Source: an uncultured Albidiferax sp.
GTDB lineage: Bacteria; Pseudomonadota; Gammaproteobacteria; Burkholderiales; Burkholderiaceae_C
Direction: 5' to 3'
Assembly (NCBI GenBank): GCA_963513025.1
Contig: CAUPON010000021.1
Location: 6,487-70,486 of the forward strand
Length of the DNA: 64,000 bases
Shown here: positions 59,355 to 64,000 of the stretch, in pieces
Position numbering within the stretch: position 1 is the stretch's first letter
Layout: every line of letters begins with the position of its first letter
Translations under genes and position numbers: made by a program
Notes under the pieces: model-generated
What the model saw: only the letters and a program-made list of their open reading frames with translations
Database searches by the model: none
Told to the model about the DNA's origin: nothing

Positions 59355-60125
59355 GTGATTACTTTTACCGAAGCGCAGTTGGCGGGGTGGCTATCCCCCA
59401 TCGTCTGGCCATTCTTGCGCGTTCTGGCGATGTTCAGTGTGGCGCCCGTATTCTCATTGAAAGCCATACCGCAGCGTGCCAAAGTGGCATTGGCTTTTTT
59501 TGTCGCTTTGGCCGCACAAGCAACTCTGGCCGATCAGCCCATGATCAGCCTGAACAGCCCCCAGGCCTTGGCGGCGGTGGTTCAGCAGGTTGGTGTCGGT
59601 TTGGCGATCGGCTTCGCAGTACGCCTTGTATTCGCTTCCGTGGAACTGGCGGGCGAATTGGTTGGCTTGCAGATGGGGCTTAACTTCGCCTCCTTTTTTG
59701 ATCCCGCCAGCAATGCCCAGGTGAGCGCGGTATCCCGTTTTTTGGGCCACATGTCGATACTGCTGTTTGTGGTCATGAACGGGCACCTGATGGTGCTGAT
59801 GGCCGTCATCAAGAGTTTTGACAGCTTTCCAGTTGATGGTAACTTTCTGGTTACCTTGCAGCACATCAAGATGTACACCTTGGGGGCAGATCTGTTTGCC
59901 AGTGCTCTGTGGATGGCTCTGCCGATGGTGGGCATGCTGTTGTTCGTCAACTTGACGATGGGGGTGATCTCCCGGGTCGCGCCGCAGATGAATATTTACG
60001 CGATTGGCTTTCCTGTAACGTTGACCATGGGCCTTGTGGGGGTTACCGTTACCCTGCCCATGTTGGACCAGCCGACGATGGCTTTGATGGAGCGTGCTAT
60101 CGACCTGTTCTCCGCCCGGCGTTAG
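59355..60125 (+). CDS. fliR: Export gate protein
   Basis: QMGLNFASFFDP, RVAPQMNIYAIGFP; GTG start 59355. Confidence 0.95.
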   Translation: MITFTEAQLAGWLSPIVWPFLRVLAMFSVAPVFSLKAIPQRAKVALAFFVALAAQATLADQPMISLNSPQALAAVVQQVGVGLAIGFAVRLVFASVELAGELVGLQMGLNFASFFDPASNAQVSAVSRFLGHMSILLFVVMNGHLMVLMAVIKSFDSFPVDGNFLVTLQHIKMYTLGADLFASALWMALPMVGMLLFVNLTMGVISRVAPQMNIYAIGFPVTLTMGLVGVTVTLPMLDQPTMALMERAIDLFSARR

Positions 60126-60149
60126 GGCAGTCTCTATCGGTCATGTTGC

Positions 60150-60779
60150 TCAGACCAGATTGTTCCGAATAGCGTACACCGTCAGCTCCGCATTGTTCGT
60201 TAATTTCAGTTTTTCCAGTACCCGCGTGCGGTATACGCTGACTGTTTTCGGGCTCAGCAGCAATTCTTCTGCGATGTCAGACAGGCGTTTTCCGGAGGCA
60301 ATTTTCAACAGCGTCTGCATTTCCCGCTCCGACAGAGATGCATGCGGTACTTCAAGCACTGGTTTCGACAAGCTTTCCACCAGCATTTGCGCGACTTCGG
60401 GCGTTACATACTTGCGTCCTTGCATCACGGTGCGCACTGCCAGCACCAGCTCCTCGGGGTCGCCGGCTTTGTTCAAATAACCTTGTGCACCCGCCCTCAG
60501 GCATCGAATCGCATATTGGTCCTCTGGGAACATCGACACAATCAGTACCTTGATGGGCGAGTCTGCTTCCCGCAGGCTTGCGAGCACTTCCATGCCGCCC
60601 CGACCTGGCATACTCAAATCCAAGACCAGTACATCGCACGCTACGGTACGAAGCAACTCCCGGACTTCTGCGTAGCCCGATGCTTCCCCGGTGACCTGAA
60701 TATCTACTGCCTCGGACAAGGTGTCTCGGATACCGCGGCGGACCATGGCATGGTCATCGCATAAAACTACTTGGATCAT
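60150..60779 (-). CDS. NarL/UvrY family response regulator (REC + LuxR HTH)
   Basis: VLCDDH, LDLSMPG, LSEREMQ, LSPKTVSVYRTRVLEKL. Confidence 0.92.
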   Translation of the reverse strand: MIQVVLCDDHAMVRRGIRDTLSEAVDIQVTGEASGYAEVRELLRTVACDVLVLDLSMPGRGGMEVLASLREADSPIKVLIVSMFPEDQYAIRCLRAGAQGYLNKAGDPEELVLAVRTVMQGRKYVTPEVAQMLVESLSKPVLEVPHASLSEREMQTLLKIASGKRLSDIAEELLLSPKTVSVYRTRVLEKLKLTNNAELTVYAIRNNLV

Positions 60780-61888
60780 GGGGCATTCCCGTTGGCTGGG
60801 TCTGTTTTTTCTGAGGGCAGCGGCACAGACAGAATAATGGATGTGCCGACGCCACCCCGATTGCTGATGTCCAGCCAGCCCTGGACGGTCTTGGCTCTTT
60901 CGTGCAGGCCTCGCAGGCCAAAAGCCTTCGGTTTGTCGAGTTCGTTTTTTTGCACACCGCGGCCATTGTCGGTAACTTCGAGGGTCAAAACGCCTTCTCC
61001 GTCGGTCAGTTCGATGCTGACGGCGCTGCAGTCAGCGTGCTTCGATATGTTTGTTAAAGCCTCTTGTGCTGTGCGGTAGGCCACCAACTGAATTGCTTTG
61101 TTTGCGATGATCTTTTCATGGGTCGCATGAAACGTGGTGCTGATTCCGGTGCGCTTCTGAAAGCTTTGTGCCAGCCACTGTACCGCGGCGCTGAGGCCTT
61201 GGTCCAGGATGGGCGGGCGTAAATCCATCATGATGCGCTGGCTGGCGCCCAGCGCATGCTGCAGCATTTCCAAGGCCGATCCTATATGTGCGGCGGTGGG
61301 GGCGTCTTTGTGGTGCCGTGCCAGCCAGGCCAGATCGAGTTTGACTGCGGCCAATGAGCCCCCAATATCGTCATGCACTTCCCGGGCAATTGCTGCCCTT
61401 TCTTGTTCTATGGAGCTTTGCAGGTGTTCTGCAAGCTCTGCCAAACGGCGTTCGGAGGCGGCCAGGTCTTTGTCTGCGCGCTCTTTGGCTTGGCGGATCT
61501 CTCTTACTTCGATGGCCCGGGCGATGACGTGCGCCAGCTTATTGATGTCATCCTTGAGCAGGTAGTCGCTAAACCCCAGTCGAATCGCATCCACCGCCGC
61601 TGCCTCACCAATGGCGCCTGACAGCAACACAAACGGTGGCTGCTGTTCTTGCTGTTGGAGTGCATTCCAGGCATCAATAGCCGTGAAGCCCGGCAGACGG
61701 TAGTCGGCCAAGATGAGGTTGAAATGTGTGCTGCGTGTCAGCTGTTCGAAGGCGGGCAGTGTCTCAACCCGGTGGACCGTGCAGGCAAGCCCCTGTTTCT
61801 TCAAGGCATGCACCACAATTCGGTGGTCGATGACGGAATCCTCTAAGTGCAGTATGCGGATAGATTGAGCCTCAAGCCAGGGTGTCAT
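60776..61888 (-). CDS. REC + HisKA_3/HATPase histidine kinase without a sensor domain
   Basis: ILHLED, ILADYRLP, IAREVHDDIGG, QEALTNISKHA, DNGRG, FGLRGL. Confidence 0.9.
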   Translation of the reverse strand: MTPWLEAQSIRILHLEDSVIDHRIVVHALKKQGLACTVHRVETLPAFEQLTRSTHFNLILADYRLPGFTAIDAWNALQQQEQQPPFVLLSGAIGEAAAVDAIRLGFSDYLLKDDINKLAHVIARAIEVREIRQAKERADKDLAASERRLAELAEHLQSSIEQERAAIAREVHDDIGGSLAAVKLDLAWLARHHKDAPTAAHIGSALEMLQHALGASQRIMMDLRPPILDQGLSAAVQWLAQSFQKRTGISTTFHATHEKIIANKAIQLVAYRTAQEALTNISKHADCSAVSIELTDGEGVLTLEVTDNGRGVQKNELDKPKAFGLRGLHERAKTVQGWLDISNRGGVGTSIILSVPLPSEKTDPANGNAP

Positions 61889-62073
61889 GCCAACCTCAAA
61901 TCCATGGAAAAATGAACCACATAAAAATCAGATACCGCTAAGCTGGTGACTGTTATATGCTGGGGCCTTGCGAATCAATTTGCAGATTGTTCGTAACAGA
62001 ATGTGAAATAGAATTAACATCCGGCTTCAACGAGGCAATTTGTCTAGGGCTTTCCTGCAGCGACGGAGAATAC

Positions 62074-62520
62074 ATGCAAACAGAGCCTTCCATGTCTACG
62101 GGACCTGTCGTCCAGTTACCGGTGATGTTGATCGCCGAAGTACAGGACTCCCTGATGGTGGTGATGCACGACCTGAGTCGACTCGAAAGTTTGCTGAGCC
62201 ACACCATGGACAACCTAATGGCGCGCTTTAACAGCGTGAACCAAGGCCTGGATGCTGTGGCTTTACCCGATGTGCCCGCCGTGGACGACGTGCGCAGCAA
62301 CCTGCGCGCAGCAGTTACAGAGCTGCAGTTTCAAGATATGGCCTCGCAATTAATCGTGCACACAACGCTTATGCTGCAAGGCTGTGCGTTCCGCTTGGCA
62401 TCAGAAAGCATGGGACAAGAAGATGGTGAAGAGGCTGCGCCCTTTGGGGCGATGGTTCCCGACCGTCCTAATCCTGTGACCCAAAGCGAAATGGACGCAG
62501 GTTCCATTGAGCTGTTTTGA
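62074..62520 (+). CDS. Hypothetical chemotaxis-associated protein with a CheZ-like DxxxQ motif
   Basis: ELQFQDMASQLI; ends GSIELF; ATG 62074 after GGAG. Confidence 0.65.
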   Translation: MQTEPSMSTGPVVQLPVMLIAEVQDSLMVVMHDLSRLESLLSHTMDNLMARFNSVNQGLDAVALPDVPAVDDVRSNLRAAVTELQFQDMASQLIVHTTLMLQGCAFRLASESMGQEDGEEAAPFGAMVPDRPNPVTQSEMDAGSIELF

Positions 62521-62573
62521 CACGCCTATCATTCGAAATTTTCAAGCACACTCTTCTTTAGCTGGAGCTTTTC

Positions 62574-62936
62574 ATGCATTCGATTCTTGCCGTTGACGAT
62601 TCACCCTCAATGCGAAAGATGGTGTCATTCACGTTGACCGGAGCGGGTTACCAAGTGATTGAAGCGGTGGATGGGCAGGATGCTTTTGAGAAAGCGCAGT
62701 CGCACTCTATCGATTTGGTCCTTGCTGATCAAAACATGCCTAGGTTGGATGGCATTGGTTTGACGCGCCTGTTGCGGGAGCATCCAAAGTTCAAGACCAT
62801 CCCCATCCTCATCTTGACCACGGAATCCAGTGACCAGATGAAGCAGGCGGGGCGGAGCGCAGGTGCCACGGGCTGGCTGGTTAAGCCGTTTGATCCGGCA
62901 CGGTTGATTGAAGTGATCCAGAAAGTTATTCGCTAA
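62574..62936 (+). CDS. cheY: Second CheY-like single-domain response regulator
   Basis: ILAVDDSPSMR, ADQNMPRLDG, LTTES, GWLVKPF; directly upstream of cheA. Confidence 0.88.
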   Translation: MHSILAVDDSPSMRKMVSFTLTGAGYQVIEAVDGQDAFEKAQSHSIDLVLADQNMPRLDGIGLTRLLREHPKFKTIPILILTTESSDQMKQAGRSAGATGWLVKPFDPARLIEVIQKVIR

Positions 62937-62974
62937 ATTCGACGCGCTCGAATAGAGGCAACACAGGAGTCCCT

Positions 62975-64000
62975 ATGGCTGAAATGCACCAAGAGAGTTC
63001 AGGCGCTGATTTTGACCTGACCCAGTTTTACCAAATATTCTTTGAAGAGGCCGGGGAGAACCTGGACCAGATGGAGCAGATGTTGCTGGATCTGGACCTT
63101 GCGAATACAGATGACGAAGAGTTGAACGGTATTTTCCGTTGCGCCCATTCCATCAAGGGCGGAGCTGCCACTTTTGGTTTCTCGGATGTGGCCGAGTTGA
63201 CCCACCAGATGGAGTCGCTGCTAGATCGCTTGCGCCGCCATGAACTCAAGTTGATTTCTCCCATGGTCGATGCCTTACTGGAGTCGGCCGATGCTTCTCG
63301 CAGTTTGCTCGCTCGCCACCAGGCTGGTGGCGAAGGGGTTGCGGTGTCCACCTCGGCCTTGGTAAAGCGTATCAGTGTGTTGGCTGCTGGCGAGATTCCA
63401 GTCGCAGCGCCGGTCGTGGTAGCACCTCCGGCACCAGCGCCGGTGGCCGTAAGCAAAAAAGCTGGCGGTCCACGCTCTCTGGTGATCCACATTGGGCCGC
63501 TGGAGCGGCCTGACCAGGCAGATGCGGTCCAAGAGCTGTTCCGGGACATTCCAGGCTTGGGTAGTATGTCCAGCCTGCCTAGCGACCGCCCGGATACCCG
63601 TATTTTTGCGGTGGAGACAACTTCCTCGGATGAGGATTTGCTAGACCTTTTTGTTTTTCACGTCGCCAAAGAGATTGTGAAAATTTCCGACCGCGATGAT
63701 GAGATGGTTACTCCTGATACCGTGACTGTTGTTGCGCCAGAGCCAGAGCTGGCTGCTGTAGCTTCTTCGGCGGGCGAAGAGGAGTATGGATTCTTCGCTG
63801 GCGCGCCCGGCCATCCATCCGAGTCTCTGATTGTGGTGCCTGCGGCAGATGCTGCCGCCAAAGCCGTCAAAGCCGAGCCTAAAGCGGCTGCACAAACCCC
63901 GCTGGAAGCCACCACGATCCGGGTCGACATCAAAAAGGTTGATCAGTTGATTAACCTGGTGGGCGAATTGGTTATCACGCAAGCGATGTTGGCCCAAAAC
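62975..64000 (+). CDS. cheA: Chemotaxis histidine kinase, 5' part (runs off the window; absent from the ORF track)
   Basis: Read by hand: FFEEAGENL, IFRCAHSIKGGAATFGF (Hpt); last bases encode TIRVDIKKVDQLINLVGELVITQAMLAQN. Confidence 0.93.
   Translation, partial: MAEMHQESSGADFDLTQFYQIFFEEAGENLDQMEQMLLDLDLANTDDEELNGIFRCAHSIKGGAATFGFSDVAELTHQMESLLDRLRRHELKLISPMVDALLESADASRSLLARHQAGGEGVAVSTSALVKRISVLAAGEIPVAAPVVVAPPAPAPVAVSKKAGGPRSLVIHIGPLERPDQADAVQELFRDIPGLGSMSSLPSDRPDTRIFAVETTSSDEDLLDLFVFHVAKEIVKISDRDDEMVTPDTVTVVAPEPELAAVASSAGEEEYGFFAGAPGHPSESLIVVPAADAAAKAVKAEPKAAAQTPLEATTIRVDIKKVDQLINLVGELVITQAMLAQN

Noticed and set aside
1-64000. rRNA, tRNA, riboswitch or IS elements
   Set aside because: None recognised by eye, and intergenic gaps are short and mostly explained; a covariance-model search would be needed to exclude small RNAs.

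Overview
GC-rich betaproteobacterial DNA, probably Comamonadaceae-like (inferred from gene order and protein style). Most of the window (about 8.9-64 kb) is a near-complete flagellar and chemotaxis supercluster: flgB-L, flgAMN, motAB-cheYZ, flhBAFG-fliA, two divergent flagellins, fliDST, fliE-R and the start of a cheY-cheA operon. flhDC is not in the window. An 11.4-kb island between motA and the flagellins (31841-43281) is the best candidate for an undescribed system. It encodes a roughly 2020-aa protein with three colinear TPR+GT41 (OGT/SPINDLY-like) glycosyltransferase modules, followed by six enzymes that would make a CDP-linked, C-methyl-branched and probably O-methylated 6-deoxysugar. 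I infer flagellin O-glycosylation with an unusual branched sugar. The left 8.8 kb holds small accessory modules: a MocR regulator with two exporters and an aminotransferase whose PLP lysine is Gln, a TraB/GumN protein, an FNR-box small ORF, and a LysR-VOC-SBP-NTF2 cassette. Non-coding structure read directly from the sequence: six copies of a fixed-geometry ~50-bp repeat, a shared class-2-like promoter motif at five flagellar operons, four sigma28 promoters and several terminators. I saw no rRNA, tRNA, CRISPR array or transposase. All family assignments come from motif recognition by eye; no database searches were run.
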